Under the pieces are notes generated by a model. The model saw nothing but the letters and a program-made list of their open reading frames with translations. It was not told the origin of the DNA and ran no database searches. Shown piece after piece: positions 47,119 through 55,877 of a stretch of 64,000 nt of DNA. The stretch is from an archaeon (GTDB lineage Archaea > Nanobdellota > Nanobdellia > Pacearchaeales > GW2011-AR1), in assembly GCA_043821585.1 (NCBI GenBank), contig JBDRCQ010000015.1, forward strand, positions 2,909-66,908. Reading direction: 5' to 3'. A program made the position numbers and the translations under genes. The first letter of the stretch is position 1. Every line of letters starts with the position of its first letter.

Positions 47119-47643
47119 GTGGTTGTCATGACAGATAAAAAACCTGCGGAGAATAAAAATCCTGATGCGTCTAAAATTGTTGTAAGGAGTTCTAAGGTTC
47201 ATGGCAACGGGGTCTTCGCGGCTCGTGACATTGCGAAAGGCGAGAAAGTAATTGAGTATGTTGGACGGATTGTTACCAAGGATGAGGCTGACAAGATAGC
47301 GGATGAGCAACTTGAGAAATCTAATGGGCACAAGGATTGTGGGGGCGTTTATATTTTTGAGTTAAATAAGAAGTATGACCTTGACGGGAATGTCGAGTGG
47401 AATCCTGCTCGTTATATTAATCATTCTTGTGATCCTAATTGTGAAACGGAAGGGGACGATGAGCACATTTGGATTGAGGCTATGAGGGATATCAAGAAAA
47501 GGGAGGAGTTGAGCTATGATTACTGTTACGATCTTGATAACTGGGACGAGCATCCTTGTAAGTGTGGAGCTTCAAACTGTGTTGGTTATATTGTTAACGA
47601 GAAGCTGCGTGGGAAGTTGGAAGAGTTGAAGAAGAAGCGTTAA
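47119..47643 (+). CDS. SET-domain protein-lysine methyltransferase
   Basis: RYINHSCDPNCE (NHSCxPN), ELSYDY (ELxxDY), post-SET CKCGASNC. Confidence 0.8.
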   Translation: MVVMTDKKPAENKNPDASKIVVRSSKVHGNGVFAARDIAKGEKVIEYVGRIVTKDEADKIADEQLEKSNGHKDCGGVYIFELNKKYDLDGNVEWNPARYINHSCDPNCETEGDDEHIWIEAMRDIKKREELSYDYCYDLDNWDEHPCKCGASNCVGYIVNEKLRGKLEELKKKR

Positions 47644-47861
47644 TATCGGTCAAAAGCGCTTGATCTTATGATTTCAGCTTTTCTTTTTTGTTCTGCTTGT
47701 TTTGCTAGATAGACGGGGCATTTGCGATGTTCAAAGGTGTAACATGTCCTTCTTGCTTCATCTTCTTCAGCTTGGTCGCTTAGCCATGCTGCTTCGGGGC
47801 CGCATTTCGCCGTGTAGGGACATTCGCCTATTCCTAGTGCGCCTAAGATTCGAAGTAACAT
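47640..47861 (-). CDS. hypothetical small Cys-containing protein
   Basis: ORF only. 4-nt overlap with the SET gene 3' end on the opposite strand. Confidence 0.3.
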   Translation of the reverse strand: MLLRILGALGIGECPYTAKCGPEAAWLSDQAEEDEARRTCYTFEHRKCPVYLAKQAEQKRKAEIIRSSAFDRY

Positions 47862-47882
47862 AGTAAATCATCTCGGAAGGAA

Positions 47883-48061
47883 TTAATAAATATTACTGTT
47901 AGCCGGACTCTGTCCGGAATTACCTTTCTGGTTGATTTTACGAATCCCCCATTTTTCGACTGTCGTTGAATCCCGCCCTTAACCCGCCTTCCCTCCCCAC
48001 ATCTAGATAGGTAAAATCAACAAATTTCGGACAGAGCCTGTTAGCCGCAAATATTTATTAA
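47883..48061. repeat. ~180-bp nested inverted-repeat element (long imperfect hairpin; MITE-like or structured RNA)
   Basis: Outer inverted repeat TTAATAAATATT/AATATTTATTAA, middle GGACTCTGTCCG/CGGACAGAGCC, inner GGTTGATTTTAC/GTAAAATCAAC. Direct CTGTTAGCC in both arms. Confidence 0.5.
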
Positions 48062-48073
48062 CTCTTTTTTTAT

Positions 48074-48373
48074 TTGGAATTTATGAATCTTAGACTTCAA
48101 GATCAGCAAAACAGGCTGGCAGATGAAGGTGCTTCCCCTGAAGTGGTCTGGGGAGCAGATGACTTTGAGGCGTTGAGAGCATCCTTTCCAGACATTGTTC
48201 TTTTAGAAGACAGGCCGAATTATAGGTCTTGGGGTTTGGATGGCGGGTTAGAAATAGCATATCGGTGTGGACCCTGTCAGAGGATCATCGTTGGTACTCC
48301 TAAGGCGGGCAGGGAGGACGAGAATGTTTATTGTCATCGGTGTGGCGCAAATCTTACCGACAATCAGCTGTGA
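48074..48373 (+). CDS. hypothetical zinc-ribbon protein
   Basis: CGPC...CHRCG four-Cys pattern. Confidence 0.4.
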   Translation: MEFMNLRLQDQQNRLADEGASPEVVWGADDFEALRASFPDIVLLEDRPNYRSWGLDGGLEIAYRCGPCQRIIVGTPKAGREDENVYCHRCGANLTDNQL

Positions 48374-48379
48374 TTTAAA

Positions 48380-49054
48380 TCATAATTTTTTTAGAACATT
48401 AATCTCGTCGAAGCTCACGCTAGAGCCTTTGAATTTTGTGGCGAAGAGTCCTGCTTCTAAGGCTTTTGGGTCTTTGAGTTTTAGGACGCCTTTTTTGTAT
48501 GCCACATAAACTAACTCTGTTGAACGGATGAACCTAAAATTCCTGAATTGGGTAAAATTGTTTTTTTCTAATGTGACGTTGAAGTGAAGGCGTTTTGACA
48601 TTAGCTTTTGAAGGTTTTCTGGTTTTTCGGAGAGGATGCGGGTTGTTCTTTCGTCTACTCCGATGATGTTTTCGATTCCTTTTTCAGTTAGTTGTTTGCT
48701 TAGTGCGAGACAGGACATTTCTGCATCGCTTACAATCCTTATGAATTTTCCTCTGGCTTCGACGGTGTTGTTTGCTATGTCCATAAGGGCTTTTGTCTCT
48801 AATTTTACTGATTCGTTTGAGATTGAGAATGCTTCGGGCATTTCTAGAGTTCCTGATGAGATAAGCTCCTTGATTCTTAATGCGCCTAGTTCAAATCTTG
48901 GGACACCAGCAGGTCTGTCGACTGTTTCGTATTTTACGTCAGAAGTTATTGCAAGTCTGACTCCTGTCAGTTTTTTTAATTCTGGTAAGATATAGAGTAA
49001 ACCGTTCATGCTAAGATTGATTAGTGTGCCTGAATCTAGTACGAGGATTTTCAT
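48380..49054 (-). CDS. hypothetical protein (224 aa)
   Basis: ORF. Last gene of a five-gene minus-strand operon with 4-nt overlaps. Confidence 0.5.
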   Translation of the reverse strand: MKILVLDSGTLINLSMNGLLYILPELKKLTGVRLAITSDVKYETVDRPAGVPRFELGALRIKELISSGTLEMPEAFSISNESVKLETKALMDIANNTVEARGKFIRIVSDAEMSCLALSKQLTEKGIENIIGVDERTTRILSEKPENLQKLMSKRLHFNVTLEKNNFTQFRNFRFIRSTELVYVAYKKGVLKLKDPKALEAGLFATKFKGSSVSFDEINVLKKL

Positions 49055-49551
49055 TTTGTTTTCCCCCAGACCAGGACGTCGATGAACTTGCCGTTTTTTT
49101 TGTAGTGTTTCTTTAGTCGGCCCTCAAGCTTGTAGTTGTTTTTCTTCATTGCTTTTCCTGACGCAGGGTTGTCTGAGTCGTTGTCTCCCCAGACTTTGTA
49201 ACATTTCAATTCCTTGAATGCAAATTTAGTTGCCTCCTTGACAGCTTTTGTCGCAATTCCTTTGCCCCAATGTTCTTTTCCTACGAAGTAGCCGATTTCG
49301 TATCTGCCCTTGTCTTTGCTAGGATTTTCTAAGAATACTTGGCCTACTGCTTTGTTGTTCGATAGGATTGTGAACGAGTAAGTTTTTTTCTTTTTCCATT
49401 CTTCTAGGCCTTTTGAGATGTCTTTCTTGATTCTACTTAACAGGCAAGGATGGGGATAGCCTGCTAGTTCTTTTGTTACTCCCTTGCTATTGATCTGTTC
49501 GTGGATTGCTCCTGCGTCAGATATGCGTGTTTTACGGATTGTTATTTTCAT
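49051..49551 (-). CDS. GNAT N-acetyltransferase (RimJ/RimL-like)
   Basis: HWGKGIATKAVKEATKFAF acetyl-CoA motif. Confidence 0.75.
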   Translation of the reverse strand: MKITIRKTRISDAGAIHEQINSKGVTKELAGYPHPCLLSRIKKDISKGLEEWKKKKTYSFTILSNNKAVGQVFLENPSKDKGRYEIGYFVGKEHWGKGIATKAVKEATKFAFKELKCYKVWGDNDSDNPASGKAMKKNNYKLEGRLKKHYKKNGKFIDVLVWGKTK

Positions 49552-50006
49552 ATGTCTACCTCCAATGTCTTGCTATATTCTTCAAAGCCCATTGATTTGT
49601 AAGCATTAATGGCGGGTTCGTTTTGAGCAGATGCGATGACTTTTGCTTTGTGGGCGTCCTTTACTTTTGCCCAATCAATAAATTCTTTTATCAATTGTTT
49701 TCCAACGCCTTTCCTTCGGTGTTCTTTTAATATTAACATGTTTTCTAGTTTTGCTATCTGCTTGATCTTCCTGTAGTCTGCTGCTGTGGTGATTGCGCCG
49801 ATAAGGTATCCCATAATTTCTCCTTCATCTTCTGCGATAAGCGTTATGGAATCTTTTCCGGTAATGCTTTTTTTGTAATAGTCCTCGTTTTTGGAGGGCC
49901 AACCAATATCTAATGTTTTATCAAACTTGAAGTCATGATGAAATAGTTCTTGATTTAGTTTTTTAATTTCTTTTAAGTCTTCAATTGTGGCTTTGCGGAT
50001 TTTCAT
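49548..50006 (-). CDS. GNAT N-acetyltransferase
   Basis: EHRRKGVGKQLIKEFIDWAK. Confidence 0.75.
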   Translation of the reverse strand: MKIRKATIEDLKEIKKLNQELFHHDFKFDKTLDIGWPSKNEDYYKKSITGKDSITLIAEDEGEIMGYLIGAITTAADYRKIKQIAKLENMLILKEHRRKGVGKQLIKEFIDWAKVKDAHKAKVIASAQNEPAINAYKSMGFEEYSKTLEVDI

Positions 50007-50653
50007 TTTTTCTTCTCCATAAACAGATAATTCACAACGTGGTTCTTGCTGCCTCTGAAAGTTTCGGTCACTTTGCTTTCGATTATTTTGAAATAGGGTT
50101 CGAAAATATCTTTAATTTCATCCAATGATGAGAAGTATAACTTTACTCCAGTGGGGCCTTTAGAATCTTCTGGCACTACTCTAACCTTTGGGCCAGGTCC
50201 GGTAATTTTTGGATCTTGATCGTTGAAACAAACTGAAAGTATCTTTCCGTTATTGTTTGTTATCTTATTTAGGTTTTCTACGTACTTCTTCCTTTCTGAG
50301 GGAGCTATCTGGTGTAAGAGAGTCCATTCAAATATGAAATCAAATTTTTCATTTAGGTTATCTAAGTCTAGGGCATCCAAGGTCTTGAACTCTATGTTTG
50401 CGTTTGCTTTTTTGGCATTTTCTTTTGCAATGTTTATTGCGTTTTCTGAGATGTCTATTCCAGTTACATCGAAACCTTTTGAGGCTAAGTAAATTGAGTA
50501 AAGGCCTTCTCCACAACCAACGTCAAGAACCTTGCAGGGTTTAATTTTTCCAGTTTCGATTAAATCCATCAGTTCTTTTGGAGGTTCTGTTTCTGTCCAT
50601 GGCGTTTCCTTGGACTCTCCGTATGCTTTTTCGAAGGCTTGTTTTTGCGTCAT
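50003..50653 (-). CDS. class I SAM-dependent methyltransferase
   Basis: VLDVGCGEGLYSIYLA (motif I GxGxG), DISENAI. Confidence 0.75.
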   Translation of the reverse strand: MTQKQAFEKAYGESKETPWTETEPPKELMDLIETGKIKPCKVLDVGCGEGLYSIYLASKGFDVTGIDISENAINIAKENAKKANANIEFKTLDALDLDNLNEKFDFIFEWTLLHQIAPSERKKYVENLNKITNNNGKILSVCFNDQDPKITGPGPKVRVVPEDSKGPTGVKLYFSSLDEIKDIFEPYFKIIESKVTETFRGSKNHVVNYLFMEKKK

Positions 50654-51168
50654 TTCTTTCCTCCAACTCTAATTGGTTTTAAGTTGTACTTATCGAATAG
50701 GACTTTAGTTCCTTTGTTCATGTCCGCGTTGAGGGCTGTGATTCCGATGATCTTTCCTTTTTGTTTTTCTATTAATTTGATTGCTGATTTCATTTGTGCG
50801 CCTGTTTCGATCCATTCATCAACAATCAGTATTTTTTCTCCTCTTTTAATTGAGTTTTTCCTTATTTCAAAACTTTTTTCTTTTTTTGTGTAGTCCTTGA
50901 ATGAGTTGCTTAATTTGTTCTTGCCAGGTATCTTTCCTTTCTTTCTTATTAATACAAGACTTTTGTTTAGTTTGTAGGCTATAGCTGAGCCGAGGATAAA
51001 TCCTAGCGCGTCTAAACAGGCGATCTTGTCGGTTCTCTCTTTTCTGAAGGGTTTTATTAAATCAATTATCAAATTGTGAAATACCTTAGAGTTTTCGAAG
51101 AGAGGAGATACGTCGCATCTTTCGCCTTTATTATGAATTAGGAAGGGCTTGTAATATTGGAACTTCAT
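50650..51168 (-). CDS. type I phosphoribosyltransferase (adenine-PRTase-like)
   Basis: ILIVDEWIETGAQM is the PRPP-binding motif. ~170 aa. Confidence 0.65.
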   Translation of the reverse strand: MKFQYYKPFLIHNKGERCDVSPLFENSKVFHNLIIDLIKPFRKERTDKIACLDALGFILGSAIAYKLNKSLVLIRKKGKIPGKNKLSNSFKDYTKKEKSFEIRKNSIKRGEKILIVDEWIETGAQMKSAIKLIEKQKGKIIGITALNADMNKGTKVLFDKYNLKPIRVGGKK

Positions 51169-51737
51169 GAAAAGAACTCCATGGCCATCTTAGCTCGTTG
51201 TTTGACATTTATTGTTTGATTTTGTTTGACGTCTGCGAAGGATCTTGAGCCGATGTAGTCTGAAAGCTCCCATTGGGAAATGCCCAGGAGGTTAGCTGTT
51301 TGTTCTAATGAAATTCCGTGTTCGTAGATCTTTGAACCTTTGTTTATAGATGCTTTTTTTAGGACGTCTTGGATGTAGGGTTTTAGAGTTATTGAATTGG
51401 ATGAGATGATTTGTCTCGCTTTGTTTATGTGCCTTCCGTAGGCGTCAGGGTTTTCGTCTTCTAGGGCTTTTATGGCCAAGTCGAGAGTTGCGTTGAATTT
51501 TTTTACGAATTTGTCCCAATCTTTTATCTTTTTGTAGTCTTCTCTTTCTACAAGTTTGCTAAGGGTGTAGATTATTACCGCGATAGTTATGCTTGAGGAA
51601 TCTTGTTGTGAGGATGCAGTATTTACTGTTCGGTTAGAAAGGGCCTTGAGCTGAGAAACGTTCTTGTTTAAGAGCGCTTGTTTGGCCTGTTCTAGCACAT
51701 AGGCCTGATGGCTTATTTCCTCTTTTGGTAAATGCAT
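51165..51737 (-). CDS. hypothetical protein with C-terminal helix-turn-helix
   Basis: ISLEQTANLLGISQWELSDYIG is HTH-like. Confidence 0.45.
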   Translation of the reverse strand: MHLPKEEISHQAYVLEQAKQALLNKNVSQLKALSNRTVNTASSQQDSSSITIAVIIYTLSKLVEREDYKKIKDWDKFVKKFNATLDLAIKALEDENPDAYGRHINKARQIISSNSITLKPYIQDVLKKASINKGSKIYEHGISLEQTANLLGISQWELSDYIGSRSFADVKQNQTINVKQRAKMAMEFFS

Positions 51738-51853
51738 TATTTAACGAGGTGGGAGAGTTATATAAATTTATGTTTGGGTTTTGACGTCAATTAATCTTCT
51801 AACCAAATTTCTTAATAGGGAACATTTAAATAACGAGGTTATTCTCGGGATTA

Positions 51854-52351
51854 ATGGACAGTCAGAGAAAACTAGATCAAGGGCATTGCTCTGTTGAACC
51901 TAATGAGGGGGCTGTGGCGAGCAATAGCTCGGGGGATGTTGCTGGGGGATTTATTGGTTCTAGTTTGACTTATCTTGTTCTTTCTGGAGGGGTATCGCCG
52001 TTTGTTGCTTCTGCTGGCAGTCTGATAGCTGGAGGGTTGTTGGGGGGGTTGATTGGGAACAGAGGAAGAAGAGTTTATGGGGCAGTACGTACAGGCACTG
52101 TGGCACTTGCAGCAAATGTTTTACTCTCATTGGGGTCCCATATAGGTTATCATGAGGCTCAAGTGAATACTGTGCTTTTAACTGATGCACTAGATCGCGG
52201 GAAAAGGGCGGTAGTTGCTATTCAGAATGATGGAGATGAACATTATCTTCTAGAGACGAGACCCTCTGGTGGTTTTTTTTCTGCGTTTGGTGGCGAACAC
52301 GATGAAGAATTAAGAAGACTGGTTTATCATCAAGAAGATCGTGAACCCTAA
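51854..52351 (+). CDS. hypothetical Gly-rich (glycine-zipper) membrane protein
   Basis: GGLLGGLIGN and similar GxxxG runs. Confidence 0.4.
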   Translation: MDSQRKLDQGHCSVEPNEGAVASNSSGDVAGGFIGSSLTYLVLSGGVSPFVASAGSLIAGGLLGGLIGNRGRRVYGAVRTGTVALAANVLLSLGSHIGYHEAQVNTVLLTDALDRGKRAVVAIQNDGDEHYLLETRPSGGFFSAFGGEHDEELRRLVYHQEDREP

Positions 52352-52400
52352 ACAATTAAACTGATTTTAGGAAATATAAATTTGGTTGGGCTTGAAGGAT

Positions 52401-53672
52401 TTATTGTTTTTCTTGGAAGTATTCAGTCGTGCCTTTGACTTCGATTGTGTCTTTGAGTCGTTGGAGGGCATGTACATATGCAGCAGTCCTATAATCTACT
52501 TTTTTGTCTTCTTTTATGGCTGAGACTGCGCTAAATGCTTCTTTCATAATCTCCTCTAGTTTTTGGTGGACTTCTGCGAGTTTCCAGTAGTGCCCGGATC
52601 GTCCCTGGAGCCATTCGAAGTAGCTAACAGTTACGCCGCCCGCGTTGACTAAGATATCTGGCAGAATGTTTATTCCTCTGGCGAATAGAATCTCGTCAGC
52701 ATCAGGGGTTGTTGGGCCGTTTGCTAGTTCGAAAATGTGTTTTGCTTTTATATCATTTGCGTTTTCTTTTGTTATCTGGTTTTCTAGTGCAGCTAATAAG
52801 AGTATGTCCACGTCGAGTTCGAGGATTTCTTTGTTTGTTATTTTTACGTGGGTTGCATCTAATTCTTCCAGGATTTTCTTCTCTTTTTTGTTTTTCATCA
52901 ATTCTCCTGGATTAAGTTTTCCTTCTTTTGCGAGGATGCCCGTTTTAGAATCGCTTACTGCTTTTATGTGGAATCCTGCTTCGTTGAGTAATCTTGCGAT
53001 ATGGAAACCTGCGTTTCCGAATCCTTGGATTGCTACAGTTGTTTTAGAAGGAGTTAGGTTTTTTTCTTTGGAGTATTCTTCAAGAATGTAAAACGCTCCG
53101 CGGGCTGTTGCGTCGTCTCTGCCTAAACTTCCTCCTAGGCTAACTGGTTTTCCTGTGATAAAAGATGGATGGAGCTTGCGGGCTATTTTGTTATACTCAT
53201 CGGACATCCAGCCCATAATCATTTCATTCGTATAGACGTCTGGTGCAGGGATGTCGATGTCAGGGCCGATGAATTCGTATAATGCTCGGACGTAGCCTCT
53301 GCTTAGTCTTTCTACTTCTGTTTTTGATAGTTTTGAAGGATCCACTTTTATCCCGCCTTTTGCACCACCGAATGGAATTCCCGCGACTGCGCATTTGAAT
53401 GTCATCCAAAAGGCAAGGGCTTTAACTTCGTCAAGGTCTGCGTCTGGGTGGAATCGAATTCCTCCTTTTCCAGGTCCGCGGAGGTCGCTGTGTTGCACTC
53501 TATAGCCTTGGAAGATTTCAAGTGAGCCATCGTCTTTTCTCAGGGGGATACTGACTTGGATTATCTGCTTTGGGTTCTCGAGAATTTTTTTTACGTCTTC
53601 GCTTAGTGAGGTGTGTTCGCTTGCTTTTTCTAATTGCTTTTTCGCGTTTTCGAAAACAGATTCTTTTGTCAT
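52401..53672 (-). CDS. gdhA: glutamate dehydrogenase
   Basis: GPGKGGIRFHP, IPFGGAKGGIKVDP (Glu/Leu/Phe/Val DH signature), Rossmann GFGNAG. Confidence 0.9.
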   Translation of the reverse strand: MTKESVFENAKKQLEKASEHTSLSEDVKKILENPKQIIQVSIPLRKDDGSLEIFQGYRVQHSDLRGPGKGGIRFHPDADLDEVKALAFWMTFKCAVAGIPFGGAKGGIKVDPSKLSKTEVERLSRGYVRALYEFIGPDIDIPAPDVYTNEMIMGWMSDEYNKIARKLHPSFITGKPVSLGGSLGRDDATARGAFYILEEYSKEKNLTPSKTTVAIQGFGNAGFHIARLLNEAGFHIKAVSDSKTGILAKEGKLNPGELMKNKKEKKILEELDATHVKITNKEILELDVDILLLAALENQITKENANDIKAKHIFELANGPTTPDADEILFARGINILPDILVNAGGVTVSYFEWLQGRSGHYWKLAEVHQKLEEIMKEAFSAVSAIKEDKKVDYRTAAYVHALQRLKDTIEVKGTTEYFQEKQ

Positions 53673-53839
53673 TTTGTTAACTAGCGTGAACGGTTTTTAA
53701 GGATTTTGTTAACAGGGGTTGCGGTTAGGAAGCCTGCTCTCTGCAGAGTTCGCGAATGCTGAGCAGTTACGTTGACACTGTTTTGTTAACAATGTGAAAT
53801 TACCGAAGGTTTTAAATAACAGTTGTTTGTTTATTCTCT

Positions 53840-55330
53840 ATGGGATGTAGATGGCTGTTTCTTTTGGGAGGCGTTTTTCTTATTTGTGTCGTCTTTGGTG
53901 GTTTTGTGAGTGCTTATACTCTGACTGATAATGTCGGCGTTGATGAAATTGTCTGCCAAAGTTATGAAGATTCTATGGATATCCGAAGTGTTGATTTTGA
54001 ATACGTTGGAGACCATATGGATGTAGTGATAACTGTTAAGGGCGATGGATCTGGAGAAATTCCGTTGCCAGGGTCTTCTCATTTTGCTTACACTGTTCGA
54101 TTTTCGCAAACTGAACAAGCCAGAATAAATCTGCGGACTTCTGGGAGTGTCGATTGTTTTAATGACTGCCAATCTCCGTCAGTGAGTGGAAATACCTTAA
54201 GGTTTAATTGGAACCAAGCCCCACCGAGTTCCTCAAGAACTGTGAGTGGTAGTGTTGTTTATTGGGGGGGAGATGGAGTTTGTAGAACAGGGGACACGGT
54301 TAGTGGGACTTTGCCTGCTGAAGGTTCTTCTCCTCCGGAGTGCGGAGATGGGAACGTTGACGATGGAGAGGGATGTGATGGAAGTAATCTAAATGGAGAG
54401 ACTTGCCAAACTCAGGGTTTTGACTCTGGGAGTTTAAGTTGTGATTCTAGTTGTAATATTATTACGAGTGGTTGTAGCAACGAAGGAGGGGGTTCGAGCG
54501 AGGAGATGAATGCAGTGAGTTTGTATTTGACTCCGGCGTCTAGTGCTCCAGCAGTTATTGGACAGCCTTATGGAGTTGATGTGATTGTTAAATCTGAGGG
54601 GCAAGATCCTTTTGTGATGGTTAATTTAATACTCCTCTGGGATCCTACAAAGGCTACCCTGAATACAGAGATTGATCTTAGCAATGCAGACTATACAGAC
54701 TGGATGATATCTGAGTTTATTCCAGGTTTTCCTATTAATGATAACTTAGTGGATGGTGATGCAGAGTTTAATTTATTGGCTGGTTATCCTGGTGCTCCAG
54801 TTGCAACTTCCGAAGGAATTAATGTTGGAAGATTTTGGTTGACTCCTTTGACTAGCGATTTTAACTTTAATGTTAAGAAAAGTTATACTGCTCGTGAGGG
54901 TGGTGCGGATTATTACACTACTGCAGTTTATGATGATGAGTACGGCGGGTGGGATATTTTGCCTTACTATGATATTCACGGCGGTGTTGGTGAATTATTT
55001 ATGCCTGATTTGACTCAGCCTTATTGTGGAAATGGGATTGTTGATGAAGGGGAAGAGTGTGATGGTTATGATGGGATAGGGTATTGCGTGGATCTTGGAT
55101 ACTCTGGGGGAATTTATGGCTGCACTACTGATTGTATTGTTGATGTTACTGGATGTGATGGGGCAGAACCTAGCGGATTATGTGGAAATGGCGTTGTTGA
55201 TGAGGGTGAGGCCTGTGATGGAACAGACTTGAGGGGAATGACTTGTGAATTTGTAGGTGGCGGAGATGCGGAAGGAGTTTTGGGCTGTTTAGCAGATTGT
55301 TCTAATTTTGACGTTAGTGGGTGTTATTAA
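53840..55330 (+). CDS. secreted/membrane-anchored protein with three Cys-rich CGNGxVDxGEECDG repeats
   Basis: N-terminal hydrophobic signal/anchor. Repeats ECGDGNVDDGEGCDG, YCGNGIVDEGEECDG, LCGNGVVDEGEACDG resemble the Myxococcus-type cysteine-rich repeat. Confidence 0.65.
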   Translation: MGCRWLFLLGGVFLICVVFGGFVSAYTLTDNVGVDEIVCQSYEDSMDIRSVDFEYVGDHMDVVITVKGDGSGEIPLPGSSHFAYTVRFSQTEQARINLRTSGSVDCFNDCQSPSVSGNTLRFNWNQAPPSSSRTVSGSVVYWGGDGVCRTGDTVSGTLPAEGSSPPECGDGNVDDGEGCDGSNLNGETCQTQGFDSGSLSCDSSCNIITSGCSNEGGGSSEEMNAVSLYLTPASSAPAVIGQPYGVDVIVKSEGQDPFVMVNLILLWDPTKATLNTEIDLSNADYTDWMISEFIPGFPINDNLVDGDAEFNLLAGYPGAPVATSEGINVGRFWLTPLTSDFNFNVKKSYTAREGGADYYTTAVYDDEYGGWDILPYYDIHGGVGELFMPDLTQPYCGNGIVDEGEECDGYDGIGYCVDLGYSGGIYGCTTDCIVDVTGCDGAEPSGLCGNGVVDEGEACDGTDLRGMTCEFVGGGDAEGVLGCLADCSNFDVSGCY

Positions 55331-55441
55331 TTTTTCTGGGTGTGCTGGAAAAATGTACTTTTTGGTGTTGTTTTGTTTAAGAATATCATCGGCTGGGTTG
55401 AAATTAAGAAAACAGTTTAAATAGGCGGTTTGCTTTAATGT

Positions 55442-55837
55442 TTGATGAATTTAATGAGTACAATTCTTTTGGGAGTGCTTGTGATCTTAGTTTTGTTTGT
55501 TGGAGCCTCGTTTTTTGGTAGTTTATTCGAATCGGTAGATAATGGGGGCAAAAATGAAACCTCTTCTTTCGGGGAGTGTTTGACTGAGACAGGCGTAGAA
55601 GTTTACGCTGTTCCAGACTGCGCGCGTTGTGCTGAACAGATTAGGCTGTTTGGAGAAAGTTGGGAGGATTTGAATGTGGTCGAGTGCGATGCAGGGATCT
55701 ATTCAGCCCATAGGGGTATTTGTGAAATGTCTGAGAATTCAGGACAATACATTTGGGTTTTTGGTTCTGGCAAGGTTGTTCCTGGCGTGTTGACTTCTAA
55801 AAGGTTAAGTGAAGAGAGCGGTTGTGAGTTGAACTAA
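55442..55837 (+). CDS. membrane-anchored thioredoxin/glutaredoxin-like protein (CxxC)
   Basis: N-terminal TM, then VYAVPDCARCAEQIRLF, a thioredoxin-fold active-site motif. Confidence 0.6.
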   Translation: MMNLMSTILLGVLVILVLFVGASFFGSLFESVDNGGKNETSSFGECLTETGVEVYAVPDCARCAEQIRLFGESWEDLNVVECDAGIYSAHRGICEMSENSGQYIWVFGSGKVVPGVLTSKRLSEESGCELN

Positions 55838-55877
55838 TTTTAGGAAATAATATTCTTTTGATGCAAGGTGGATACAT

